64,000 nucleotides of DNA from Candidatus Omnitrophota bacterium (GTDB lineage Bacteria; Omnitrophota; Omnitrophia; Omnitrophales; Aquincolibacteriaceae), in the NCBI GenBank assembly GCA_043821445.1, contig JBDRCT010000033.1:5391-69390 (forward strand), written 5' to 3'. This document shows, in pieces, positions 29,456 through 38,112 of the stretch. The notes beneath the pieces were generated by a model that was not told the origin of the DNA, did not search any database, and saw nothing but the letters and a program-made list of their open reading frames with translations. Each line of letters starts with the position of its first letter. The stretch's first letter is position 1. The translations under genes and the position numbers were made by a program.

Positions 29456-31102
29456 TTAAAAGAGCTCCTTTGATCGTTCTGCAAAAAAACCTTCCGGCCA
29501 AGGCCTTAAAAATTCACCTTCCGCGTTAATCGGAATATGAATTATTTCGGATCCTTGCTTTCCTCTCTGAGCATATAAAACAGCCAGCTGTTCTGGTTTT
29601 AATGCAAACTCACCCTTAGATAACTCGCCATGCGTTGTCTCTCGGATGCGACGCAATAAACGGAGAATTAAATGTTCACTGTGCGTTTCGATTATAAAAT
29701 GATTGTTGCGTGGCTCTTTAATACTGCTGATGAGCAAATCTCCAAGATCGGCTTGTAGACGTGGGTGTATATGAACCTCGGGCTGCTCAATAGTTATAAC
29801 TTGTCTATCCGCTGCCAGACTTTGCACGATGAACGGAAGAATTTGGCTGATGCCAAATCCGACATCTTGAAGACAGACATCAACGCTCGGTTTTCTCAGG
29901 CTATCAACTAAACGAACTTCGAAAAGATCTTTAGCTCGTTTTGTTAGCGGAGAAACTTTTAGTTTATACCCAATTTCTAGCTGTTTCAGCCATTGATTGG
30001 TTTGTTTCAAAAGTTTTGGGTTCCTAAGCAAAAGATCGGGTAAGTGATCTCCTTTATATCCAACATTTTTTGGATTTGTACCCGTAAATATATACCACCG
30101 TTCCGGAGGCATCCTATAGGGCCCCAAGGGAAACACTTCCTGTAAATTATTTTGCAGTCCTCTTCCAATAATCGTGGCCATTCGTTCTAAGTCCAAATAA
30201 AATACCATATCAGTTTCATCCATCGTTCTGATGACATCTTGTTCGGGCAGCTCTTCGTTTGAAGAAAGTGGAATGCCAAATGGGATAAATCCGCTTAACC
30301 CTAGAATGGTTTTCACCTCTCGTTTTATTATTCTGTCTACAAATGCTTTATAATCAAAATTCCCGGAATAAAACTCAACGGCCGCATTGATCTCTTTTAT
30401 CCGTTTTTCGTAAATCTCGGAGCCCTCTTGCTCATCAACAATTCTTGAATCTTTCCTGCGCTGTTGAACTTTTAACGATCTTTGCAGCTCGGTAACGATT
30501 GTTTGAGCATTTGTTTTTGCATTTTTAAAAAAAGAATCCCATATTAAAGGATTGTCTGTAATCCAAGAACATTGGACGCCGCTAATATCCCTTTTTAATG
30601 TTTGCCGCTTTGATCGAGGAAAGAAGAGAAGTCCTCCCATTTCGTGTTGCTGTTCTGCTGTAAAGGTAATTGGAATAAGTTTTGCGAAATGCACGTCCTC
30701 ATTTTGGCAATACATATAAAGATCGATTTCTTTTAATTGCACTTCACTTTGTACTGAGCGTCGTTGAAATGACACCTTTATTCCACAGAGAGAAGATGGC
30801 CATTTTTTAACGTAACGCGTAGGCGGCATACTAAACCTTAAAAAGAATTTTAATTCTCTTTCTAAATCGTGATCAAATATCAACTCTTGAAAGCTTCCTA
30901 AATCAACCAGCCCATTTTCAGCTCGAGGCAATAATGTTGCATTGTCACGGTCTTCCACTGTTTGCTTCAATAAACTTATAGCCTGCAACACGGAGCTTTT
31001 GCCTGCACTATTCTGTCCAAAAATTAATGTTATGGGTGCAAATGGTATTCGAGTTCTTTCACCGAAAGCTTTGAAATTTTCAAGCTCCAATAATTCCAAC
31101 AT
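29456..31102 (-). CDS. ABC/SMC-type AAA ATPase (AAA_15/AAA_21-like; OLD/AbiL/PARIS/Septu-class defence ATPase architecture)
   Basis: N-terminal MLELLELENFKAFGERTRIPFAPITLIFGQNSAGKSSVLQA Walker A; C-terminal VITIEQPEVHIHP Walker B and IIETHSEHL H-loop; long central insertion; trimmed from ORF 29456..31189. Confidence 0.8.
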   Translation of the reverse strand: MLELLELENFKAFGERTRIPFAPITLIFGQNSAGKSSVLQAISLLKQTVEDRDNATLLPRAENGLVDLGSFQELIFDHDLERELKFFLRFSMPPTRYVKKWPSSLCGIKVSFQRRSVQSEVQLKEIDLYMYCQNEDVHFAKLIPITFTAEQQHEMGGLLFFPRSKRQTLKRDISGVQCSWITDNPLIWDSFFKNAKTNAQTIVTELQRSLKVQQRRKDSRIVDEQEGSEIYEKRIKEINAAVEFYSGNFDYKAFVDRIIKREVKTILGLSGFIPFGIPLSSNEELPEQDVIRTMDETDMVFYLDLERMATIIGRGLQNNLQEVFPLGPYRMPPERWYIFTGTNPKNVGYKGDHLPDLLLRNPKLLKQTNQWLKQLEIGYKLKVSPLTKRAKDLFEVRLVDSLRKPSVDVCLQDVGFGISQILPFIVQSLAADRQVITIEQPEVHIHPRLQADLGDLLISSIKEPRNNHFIIETHSEHLILRLLRRIRETTHGELSKGEFALKPEQLAVLYAQRGKQGSEIIHIPINAEGEFLRPWPEGFFAERSKELF

Positions 31103-31166
31103 AGGACACCTCTTTGTTTTGTAATAGGTACAGAAGGACTGGTGACAGTCACCTTTTGGGGGACAG

Positions 31167-31460
31167 TCATTCGCTAACGCGAACGGCATGTCCTTTTTCG
31201 ATGAGTTCGTTATTCAGATACAGATTGCTGCCGTTCTTTTGTTCTACGAAAACGTCACCCAGATATCGGTCGTACTTGTCGGACTTGACGGTTTTGATGG
31301 TTAGATAATCTACCCCTTTGAGGGTGGTTTCAACGAATTCCTTCGCTTCTATGCCGTCGCGGGTTTGGATCTCGGGGCAGTCGATACCGCGAACGGAAAT
31401 CGGAGGCGTTACTGCCAGTGCCAGGCTATTCCCCCACCCTAACTTTAGACTGCAGACCAT
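31167..31460 (-). pseudogene. 5'-truncated staphylococcal-nuclease (SNase)-like gene fragment
   Basis: Encodes only the C-terminal ~70 aa of an SNase domain (RGIDCPEI...KEAKEFVE...KSDKYDRYLGDVF...YLNNELIEKGHAVRV), paralogous (~75-80% nt identity) to the 3' end of gene 34331..35554; N-terminal VxDGDTI strands missing. Confidence 0.55.
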
Positions 31461-31641
31461 AGACCATCACCAAACCCCATTGGTTTGGTGCACCTTACGT
31501 GCCTGCCCTCCGATTTATCCGCCAAAGCGGTGTGGCGGACGCTTCAGTGGCGGGTCCCCGAGGCAATGGAATAGCACCGTGGTGTACCTGGTACCTTTCT
31601 ATTAGAAGTGCTTTTCCTGCCTTTGGATACGTTTAGCATAT

Positions 31642-31682
31642 CTTAGTATCCGTTAGTATCCGGTTGCATCCGGTTGTATCGA
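31642..31682. repeat. tandem ~10-bp repeats (TAGTATCCGGTTG-like x3.5) in the non-coding region at the island/purL boundary
   Basis: TAGTATCCGT TAGTATCCGGT TGCATCCGGT TGTATCG. Confidence 0.45.
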
Positions 31683-31878
31683 AATTAGCATAATTCTAGC
31701 ATAGTAGGAGGATCGGAAGAACTCTGGCCCATTCTGGGACTGGATGACTCCCCGAACTGGCCGGAAACATCATCTTCAAACTTTGGGTCAGAGTCCGTTA
31801 TAACCCCATCGCCTTATTTACATTTTGTATCAAGAAAAAGTGGTCTATTAAAACTTATCTCGTCTGTTTATCTTTTAC

Positions 31879-34209
31879 TCAACCCCAATGTTTGTTGATG
31901 TAATCCTGAATTTCATAGTAGAGGGCCTTCAAGTTTTTGCTGTTTTCTTTGGGCAAAGGAGCCGAAAGGCCCGTCTTCATCGGAATCGAACCGCGCCATA
32001 CATCACTTAAAGTCTGAATGGCAAGATCAATCACGTCCTTATCTTTATTCTTTACTACCAAATGATCACCCTCGACCGTTCCAAGCTTTAAACACGGCAC
32101 GGAATGTTTGGCTGCGATTTTTTCAAACTCGGCGAGATCCTCTGGGTTCACCGTTACCAGAATGCGCGACGGGGCTTCGCCAAATAAAATTTCATCGAGC
32201 CGGTTGCCTTTTTGAAAAAGTGCTTCTACTTGAATTCTGGCTCCGCGCATTTCCTTTTTGTTGCTGATACAGGATTCCGCCACACAGACGGCAAGGCCGC
32301 CTTCTGACGGATCGTGCGCGCTTTTTACCAATCCAGCCTGAATCGTTTCAAGACACGCCGTTTGAACCTTTTTCTCAAACTCGATATCGATCTCGGGATT
32401 ACCCCTCTTTTGTTTGTGGATCCGGTAAAGATACTCACTGCCCGCCAGGCTGCCTGAGGGGTTCCCCAACAATACGATCACGTCACTTTCCTTTTTGAAA
32501 TCCTGCGTGACATATTTCGTGGCGTCCTCGATCAAACCGACCATACCGACCATCGGCGTCGGATCCACCACCCCCTTGGGATTTTCATTGTAAAAACTCA
32601 CATTACCACTGATCACAGGCGTCTCTAAAGCGCGGCAGGCCGCCGAGAGTCCTTCGATGCACTTCTTGAACTGCCAGTAATTTTCGGGTTTCATGGGATT
32701 TCCGAAATTAAGGCCGTCAGTGATCGCCAGCGGCTGACCTCCGGAACAAATAACATTTCGTGCCGCTTCGGCTACAGCGAGCATGGCTCCCCGGTAGGGG
32801 TTCAAATAACAATAGCGGCCGTTGCAATCTACGCTGATAGCAAGCGCTTTGCGGGTTCCTTTGACCGAAATAACTGCGGCATCCGATCCCGCACCCACGA
32901 GGACGGCTTCCTTATCCCGGAACGTAAAACTCTGATAAGCAGCTTCTTTGCTGGCGATCGTGGGGGAATCAAGAAGCGCAAGCAATACGGTATTGCAATC
33001 TTCGGGCCCCGGGATTTTCTCAAGTGCCAAGCTCTGAGCTTCTTTTAAATAAGCGGGCTCCTGGTCTGGGCGATCGTAAAGCGGCGCGTTTTCCGTAAGT
33101 GCCTTGGCCGGCACTTCAGCCACGACCTTCCCTTTTTCTTTTATGCGGACCATGCCGTCCGGCGTTACGGATCCGATCTTCGCGACAGGAACGTCCCATT
33201 TCTTCAGAACTTCGATCGCCTCGTTTTCTTTTCCTTCTTTCAGGATCGCAAGCATCCGCTCCTGCGATTCGGAGAGAAGAATTTCATAGGGCGTCATCTT
33301 TGATTCGCGCTGCGGGACCAATGCAACGTCGAACTCGATCCCTGTGTTTCCTCGCGAAGCTGTTTCGCAAGTTGAACAAATAAGTCCTGCGGCACCCATG
33401 TCCTGCATCCCGACCACAAGTCCTTTTTCGATCAACTCAAGGCAGGCCTCTCTTAAGCGTTTGCCGAGTTCGGGATTGCCGATCGCCACCGCGCCCGAAG
33501 AAGATGAAGATTCTTCCGTGATTTCCTGGGAAGCAAAACTCGCGCCTCCCACTCCGTCGCGGCCCGTATCCCCGCCGATATAGTAAACCGCTTTCCCGGC
33601 GCCGACCGTCGTTCCGTGTATGATATTTTTTTGCTCCACAATCCCGATGACGAAGGCGTTCACCAAGGGGTTCCCCTCGTAACTTTCGTCAAAATAGGTT
33701 TCCCCGCCTACGGCATTGACTTCCGCCTTGTTGGCGTAATGCGCAAGTCCTCGGATGACTTCTTTAAACAGGTGTTTTACCTTTTCATTTTCGAGACTGC
33801 CAAAGCGGAGAGCGCCTAAAACCGCAATCGGCTTCGCGCCCATAGTAAAAATATCCCGCAGGCATCCGCCGATCCCGGTAGCCGAAGCCTCGAAGGGTTC
33901 GACTGCGGAAGGATGATTATGGGACTCGATCTTGAACGCAACGCCCATCCCGTCCCCGATATCCACAATGCCCGTATTTTCTTCGCCGGCACCGACCAGC
34001 ACCTGCTTCCCCTTGGTGGGGAAAAGTCTGAAAAGTTTTTTGGAATTTTTATAGCTGCAATGCTCCGACCACATGGCGGAAAAAAGTCCGAGCTCCGTAA
34101 AATTAGGGTCGCGTCCGAGTAGTTTTTGGATCATGATATATTCTTCTTTCGTGAGACCCAGCTTCTCCGCTAAACTTGCATCTGCCTTAACTTCGGTATT
34201 TGTTGTCAT
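31879..34209 (-). CDS. purL: phosphoribosylformylglycinamidine synthase subunit II
   Basis: FGAM synthase II AIR-synthase-related tandem domains (MWSEHCSYKNSK, GIVDIGDGMGVAFKIESHNHPS). Confidence 0.9.
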   Translation of the reverse strand: MTTNTEVKADASLAEKLGLTKEEYIMIQKLLGRDPNFTELGLFSAMWSEHCSYKNSKKLFRLFPTKGKQVLVGAGEENTGIVDIGDGMGVAFKIESHNHPSAVEPFEASATGIGGCLRDIFTMGAKPIAVLGALRFGSLENEKVKHLFKEVIRGLAHYANKAEVNAVGGETYFDESYEGNPLVNAFVIGIVEQKNIIHGTTVGAGKAVYYIGGDTGRDGVGGASFASQEITEESSSSSGAVAIGNPELGKRLREACLELIEKGLVVGMQDMGAAGLICSTCETASRGNTGIEFDVALVPQRESKMTPYEILLSESQERMLAILKEGKENEAIEVLKKWDVPVAKIGSVTPDGMVRIKEKGKVVAEVPAKALTENAPLYDRPDQEPAYLKEAQSLALEKIPGPEDCNTVLLALLDSPTIASKEAAYQSFTFRDKEAVLVGAGSDAAVISVKGTRKALAISVDCNGRYCYLNPYRGAMLAVAEAARNVICSGGQPLAITDGLNFGNPMKPENYWQFKKCIEGLSAACRALETPVISGNVSFYNENPKGVVDPTPMVGMVGLIEDATKYVTQDFKKESDVIVLLGNPSGSLAGSEYLYRIHKQKRGNPEIDIEFEKKVQTACLETIQAGLVKSAHDPSEGGLAVCVAESCISNKKEMRGARIQVEALFQKGNRLDEILFGEAPSRILVTVNPEDLAEFEKIAAKHSVPCLKLGTVEGDHLVVKNKDKDVIDLAIQTLSDVWRGSIPMKTGLSAPLPKENSKNLKALYYEIQDYINKHWG

Positions 34210-34330
34210 GGTTCGTTCTCCTTTGCACAAAAGTAGGCGTCCTACGCATGGACACCCTAGTTTTTAATTATTCCCTCACCCTGACGGCACTTGTACCTTT
34301 GTACAAGTACGGCAGAGTCACTCTTTAGTG

Positions 34331-35554
34331 TCAATCGTGTACCCTGACCGCCAACCCTTTTTCTAAAAGTTCGTTATTAAGGTAGACCTCTTGCCCTTTA
34401 GCGTCAATAAGGAAGACATCCGCGAGGTAGCGGTCGTATTTATCTGATTTGACGGTCCTTATCAGAACCGGAGTAGCAGAGAGGCCGGAGGCAAGAGGCA
34501 GAGATCTTTCTTGTTTCTTTGTCTCTGTGCTTCTCAGCTTCTGTTCTACGAACTCTTTGGCTTCTTTACCTTCTTTGCTTTCGATCTCAGGGCAGTCAAT
34601 GCCGCGAAGGCGCAGGGTCTGAACACTACGCACGCCAAAGCCAAGATCGATAACGGCTTCGATCGTGTCGCCGTCGAGAACGCGGGACACCCAGGCGTGG
34701 TAAGTATAGAGGTCCTCAGAGGTCCGATGCGAGAGTCTGATCAGGTCCGAAGGCGACGAGCCCGCTTCCGGGAACGCTGGCTTCACTTCGATGATGGCCT
34801 CTTCCTTGAAACGGAGGTCTTTGGACGTTCTGTAATAATTGGAGAACCCGAGGTCAATGACCACCTTCCCGGTCTCAGGGCCCGCGGTGGCCTTGACCAT
34901 CTTGTAAGTCCCGGGCTTCCCGGGCTTGGCCGTGAGCGGGGTCTCTTCTTCCGGTGCTTGCGTTTCATTCCTTGCAGCTTTGCGCTTTTTCACTTCTTCA
35001 CGAAGCTTTCTGACCGGCCATTTTTCTTTGGAAGCAAGCGCTTCGACTTCTTCTCTTTCCTGGGTGTCATTGAGAGCAAGAAGTGATTCATAATGACCCC
35101 ACGTCAATTCATCGGACGTCCGATAAATCGGGTAGGTACGGGCAAATTGAAGCATGTACCGGAGCTCGGTTTCGCTGGTCCCCAGGTCCCCGGCCAATCG
35201 GACGAGGGTCCGGTCCGCATAATCCGCACGCTCTTTATGTTGAAGGACATGTTCGTCGATGAGTTTGCCGGTTTCCCAAGCCTCCCGGACCTTCTCCTGC
35301 TCCACAGCTTTTTCGACCCGGGCCTGGCTCTCCGAGCGCACCCCGCGGATCGCGGCCACCAGCTGATCGTAAGTCCCAACCTTTGACCCTTCATTCCAGA
35401 CCGGGTCTGGAATGGGTATCGCGTCCTCGGCCTGCAAAGACGGAGCCACAAGGATCATCATGAGGAAAACAGCGAGGGCACCAATCCCCAGTCCCACAGG
35501 GACTGCTGGGGAACGCTGTAGATTGGTACTGCGATCTGGGATCGTCTTTTTCAT
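34331..35554 (-). CDS. membrane-anchored/secreted nuclease: DUF1016_N (YhcG N-terminal)-like domain fused to a C-terminal SNase (thermonuclease) domain
   Basis: TM/signal segment; KLIDEHVLQHKERADYADRTLVRLAGDLG...LRYMLQFARTYP resembles the YhcG/DUF1016 N-domain; C-terminus VLDGDTIEAV...RGIDCPEI...DRYLADVF is an SNase fold; start trimmed to MKKTIPD. Confidence 0.65.
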   Translation of the reverse strand: MKKTIPDRSTNLQRSPAVPVGLGIGALAVFLMMILVAPSLQAEDAIPIPDPVWNEGSKVGTYDQLVAAIRGVRSESQARVEKAVEQEKVREAWETGKLIDEHVLQHKERADYADRTLVRLAGDLGTSETELRYMLQFARTYPIYRTSDELTWGHYESLLALNDTQEREEVEALASKEKWPVRKLREEVKKRKAARNETQAPEEETPLTAKPGKPGTYKMVKATAGPETGKVVIDLGFSNYYRTSKDLRFKEEAIIEVKPAFPEAGSSPSDLIRLSHRTSEDLYTYHAWVSRVLDGDTIEAVIDLGFGVRSVQTLRLRGIDCPEIESKEGKEAKEFVEQKLRSTETKKQERSLPLASGLSATPVLIRTVKSDKYDRYLADVFLIDAKGQEVYLNNELLEKGLAVRVHD

Positions 35555-35582
35555 CGCGAAGGACCCTTCCTTTTTTTCAAGC

Positions 35583-35610
35583 GCAACGCTCAACGGGCAA
35601 CGCACAACGC
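35583..35610. repeat. second CAACGC heptad array
   Basis: GCAACGC TCAACGG GCAACGC ACAACGC, upstream of the DUF1016-SNase gene. Confidence 0.45.
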
Positions 35611-35669
35611 CGGCCGACAAGAAGGTAAAAACTAAAAACCCAGATTCAGAGCCAGGCTTTGAATTTCCT

Positions 35670-36050
35670 TTAAGCCCCGACCAGGGGGATCTCTTTTTCG
35701 ATCTTGAAAATGACAAGATAACGGTCCTTGCCGTCCGATTCTTTTTCTTCATTGCAGAGACAGCTGCGGCGCATCGTCTTGATGCGCTCGGAATTTTTTT
35801 CGTCGGAGATCTTCTTCAAAAAGAGCCTCTTCCCCTGGTACATCCCCTGGGTTTCGATAAAAAGATAAGCTGCCTGAGGATTGGACTGAAGATTGTGGTG
35901 CGTCAGGCGGTCCGCCATGATGAAAGCAAGCGTCCCGTCCTCAAGCATGTGGGGCCGCGCGTAAAGCGCCGCGTCCACCTTGCCGGAGCTGTCCGCCGTT
36001 GCAAGCACGCCGGTGCCTTTTGTTTTTTCGAAATATTCACGAAGGTCCAT
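35670..36050 (-). CDS. pyridoxamine 5'-phosphate oxidase-family FMN-binding protein
   Basis: MDLREYFEKTKGTGVLATADSSGKVDAALYARPHMLEDGTLAFIM split-barrel PNPOx-like pattern; upstream ORF extension is translation through REP-like palindromes. Confidence 0.6.
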   Translation of the reverse strand: MDLREYFEKTKGTGVLATADSSGKVDAALYARPHMLEDGTLAFIMADRLTHHNLQSNPQAAYLFIETQGMYQGKRLFLKKISDEKNSERIKTMRRSCLCNEEKESDGKDRYLVIFKIEKEIPLVGA

Positions 36051-36096
36051 GGGTGCCTCCTGAGAAATGGGTTGAGAATTAAAGCCATGCGCGAAT

Positions 36097-36165
36097 ATTT
36101 CCCTCTCCCTTGGGAGAGGGTCAGGGTGAGGGTTGCTCCCCCTCATCCCATCCTTCTCCCTGAGG
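36097..36165. repeat. cluster of three GC-rich REP-like palindromes
   Basis: CCCTCTCCCTTGGGAGAGGG, GGGTGAGGG...CCCTCATCCC, CCTTCTCCCTGAGGGAGAAGG; generate spurious PLPxGEG-type ORFs on both strands. Confidence 0.5.
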
Positions 36166-36175
36166 GAGAAGGAGA

Positions 36176-38029
36176 TTAATTGATATTGGAATGTAACCCG
36201 CCGGAACCGGCGCGGAAATCGACGTTCGTAAGATCGCATCCCTCTTCGCGCGCGTAGGCGCAATTCCAGAGGCAGGCCGCACAGTGGATGCATTTCTCGC
36301 GGTCAAAGAGGGGCACCCCGCCGTCGGAACCCGCGGTGATGGCCTGGCCGGAGCACATTTCGATGCAGATCTTGGTGCGGCATTTCTGGCACTTGCCGGC
36401 ATCCATGAAAATGATGTGGTCCGCATACCCGTCCGCGGCCTGGACTTTCCCGCCCAAAAGCAGCGCATCCTGGTGGGAGACCAAAAGCTTGCCGTCGTAT
36501 GGGATCTTGGGCCACCCGGCAGCGTCCATCAAAGCGTCATGCATCGAAGTATTCGTCTCGTTCGCTTCCTTGCAGGCTTTTTCGATCACTTCCGGAGTGA
36601 CCTTGCCTTTGTAATATTTTTCGAGCGAAGGGACCCGCGCGTAAACAGGTTTGAGTGTCGCGGGAATATTAAGGAGCCCGTTCGTGAACCCCGCCATTCC
36701 CATTCCCATCATCCCGAGCACAAAATTATGGCTGAAACCGTCGCGTGCTTTCTCGGCGATCTTGTTATCTTTCTCGACCCAGCTCGAGCGGCGGGCCTTT
36801 AAATACGTTGCTTCAAGATTTTCCTTGGTGAAAGGTTTCTTCTCTTTCAAAAGCCGGACCATGCCTTCTGCAAGCTGAACGCCTGTCGTCCAGGCCTCAT
36901 CGACCCCGGAGCCTTTGAGCATATTCGTACTGCCGGAACCTTCGCCGATACGGGCGAATCCGTCGCCCACGATGAAAGGCTCGCCGCGCTTGCCGGCTTC
37001 CTGAAGGCTCTTTCCGCCCCAGGACTTCAACGTCGCGCCCTCGAGATGTTTCCAGAGCTTGGGGTGCTGCATCCAATGCTGAAGATAACGGTAGGCCGAG
37101 CGCATCGGGTTATCGAGCCAGGACGGGACAAAAATACCGAGGGACGCCATCCGGTTGGGATAGACATAAAGAAAACCGAAGATCTCCGGCTCCGGAAAGC
37201 CGAACGTGTGAATGACGGTGCCCGGTTCGAGTTGGGTATTCTCAGGAAGTTCCACCACGGCCTTCATCCCGAGCGCCCACTCGCGCTGATGATTTCCTTC
37301 CGGGAGTCCGAGCTTCGTATCCAGGTTCTGCCCCACGGGCCCGTAAGGCCCGTCCCCGATCACGGTGAATCCCGCGTGAATATCCATACCGGGCATAAAA
37401 GACCCGGTGGGTTTCCCGGATTTCTCAACACCCTGGTCCGCGAGCCTGACCCCGGCCACACGATTGCTGTCAAAAAGCGGTTCCTTCACAGGCATCCCGG
37501 GCCACACCTGGACAAGCCCCGAGCCCATGAGATTCGACCCGAGCCACTGCGTGAACTGGCCCATGGAAAGCACCCACCCGCCGTGTTTGGCCATAAAAGG
37601 CGGGATAAAAGGGAGCCGGAACGCGTGATCTTTATACCAGGGAAGGATGAAACCGAAGGTGCGGAAAAACCAGTCGACGAGTTTTAAGACCCAGGAACGA
37701 CGGCTCGCGCCCACGGGATCGAGAAGATAATAGACCTCTTCATGCTTCACGGGATGCGCCATCGGGATCTGGGCAAGTTCCTCGGCCGTGAACGCGGCCT
37801 TGATCCCCTTCGCCTCGGTCACGATCCCTGAAACGCCGAACCCGATATCATCGGAGCGTTCATAACAGATCACCTGAAGCGGCATGCCGGGCATGGCCTT
37901 GCTTTGGAAATGTTCGGCCGCGGGGTCTTCCGCCATGGCCTTCGCGAGTGTGTGAAGAAATCCCGCGCTCGCCGGCCCGAACCCTACGCAAACAACATCC
38001 ACATCCATCTTCTGACGTTCAACGGTCAT
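36176..38029 (-). CDS. electron-transfer-flavoprotein:quinone oxidoreductase (ETF-QO) with 4Fe-4S domain
   Basis: 617 aa; N-terminal FAD motif VVCVGFGPASAGFL; UQ-binding region; C-terminal CQKC...CIHCAAC ferredoxin cysteines. Confidence 0.85.
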   Translation of the reverse strand: MTVERQKMDVDVVCVGFGPASAGFLHTLAKAMAEDPAAEHFQSKAMPGMPLQVICYERSDDIGFGVSGIVTEAKGIKAAFTAEELAQIPMAHPVKHEEVYYLLDPVGASRRSWVLKLVDWFFRTFGFILPWYKDHAFRLPFIPPFMAKHGGWVLSMGQFTQWLGSNLMGSGLVQVWPGMPVKEPLFDSNRVAGVRLADQGVEKSGKPTGSFMPGMDIHAGFTVIGDGPYGPVGQNLDTKLGLPEGNHQREWALGMKAVVELPENTQLEPGTVIHTFGFPEPEIFGFLYVYPNRMASLGIFVPSWLDNPMRSAYRYLQHWMQHPKLWKHLEGATLKSWGGKSLQEAGKRGEPFIVGDGFARIGEGSGSTNMLKGSGVDEAWTTGVQLAEGMVRLLKEKKPFTKENLEATYLKARRSSWVEKDNKIAEKARDGFSHNFVLGMMGMGMAGFTNGLLNIPATLKPVYARVPSLEKYYKGKVTPEVIEKACKEANETNTSMHDALMDAAGWPKIPYDGKLLVSHQDALLLGGKVQAADGYADHIIFMDAGKCQKCRTKICIEMCSGQAITAGSDGGVPLFDREKCIHCAACLWNCAYAREEGCDLTNVDFRAGSGGLHSNIN

Positions 38030-38048
38030 AGGAAAACCTCATTGGTAG

Positions 38049-38110
38049 CTCAACGCACAACGCGCAACGCTATGTTTTTGCGTTGACCGTTGAGCGTTGT
38101 ACGTTGCGCT
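38049..38110. repeat. heptad (CAACGC-N) tandem array folded as an inverted-repeat hairpin between acyl-CoA dehydrogenase and ETF-QO genes
   Basis: CTCAACGC ACAACGC GCAACGC tatgttttt GCGTTGA CCGTTGA GCGTTGT ACGTTGC. Confidence 0.5.
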
Positions 38111-38112
38111 TG

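Noticed and set aside
34283-34312. Hairpin ACTTGTAC-CTTT-GTACAAGT downstream of the SNase-fusion gene as an intrinsic terminator
   Set aside because: It is a perfect 8-bp stem but is not followed by a U-tract on the transcribed strand. It is left unannotated.
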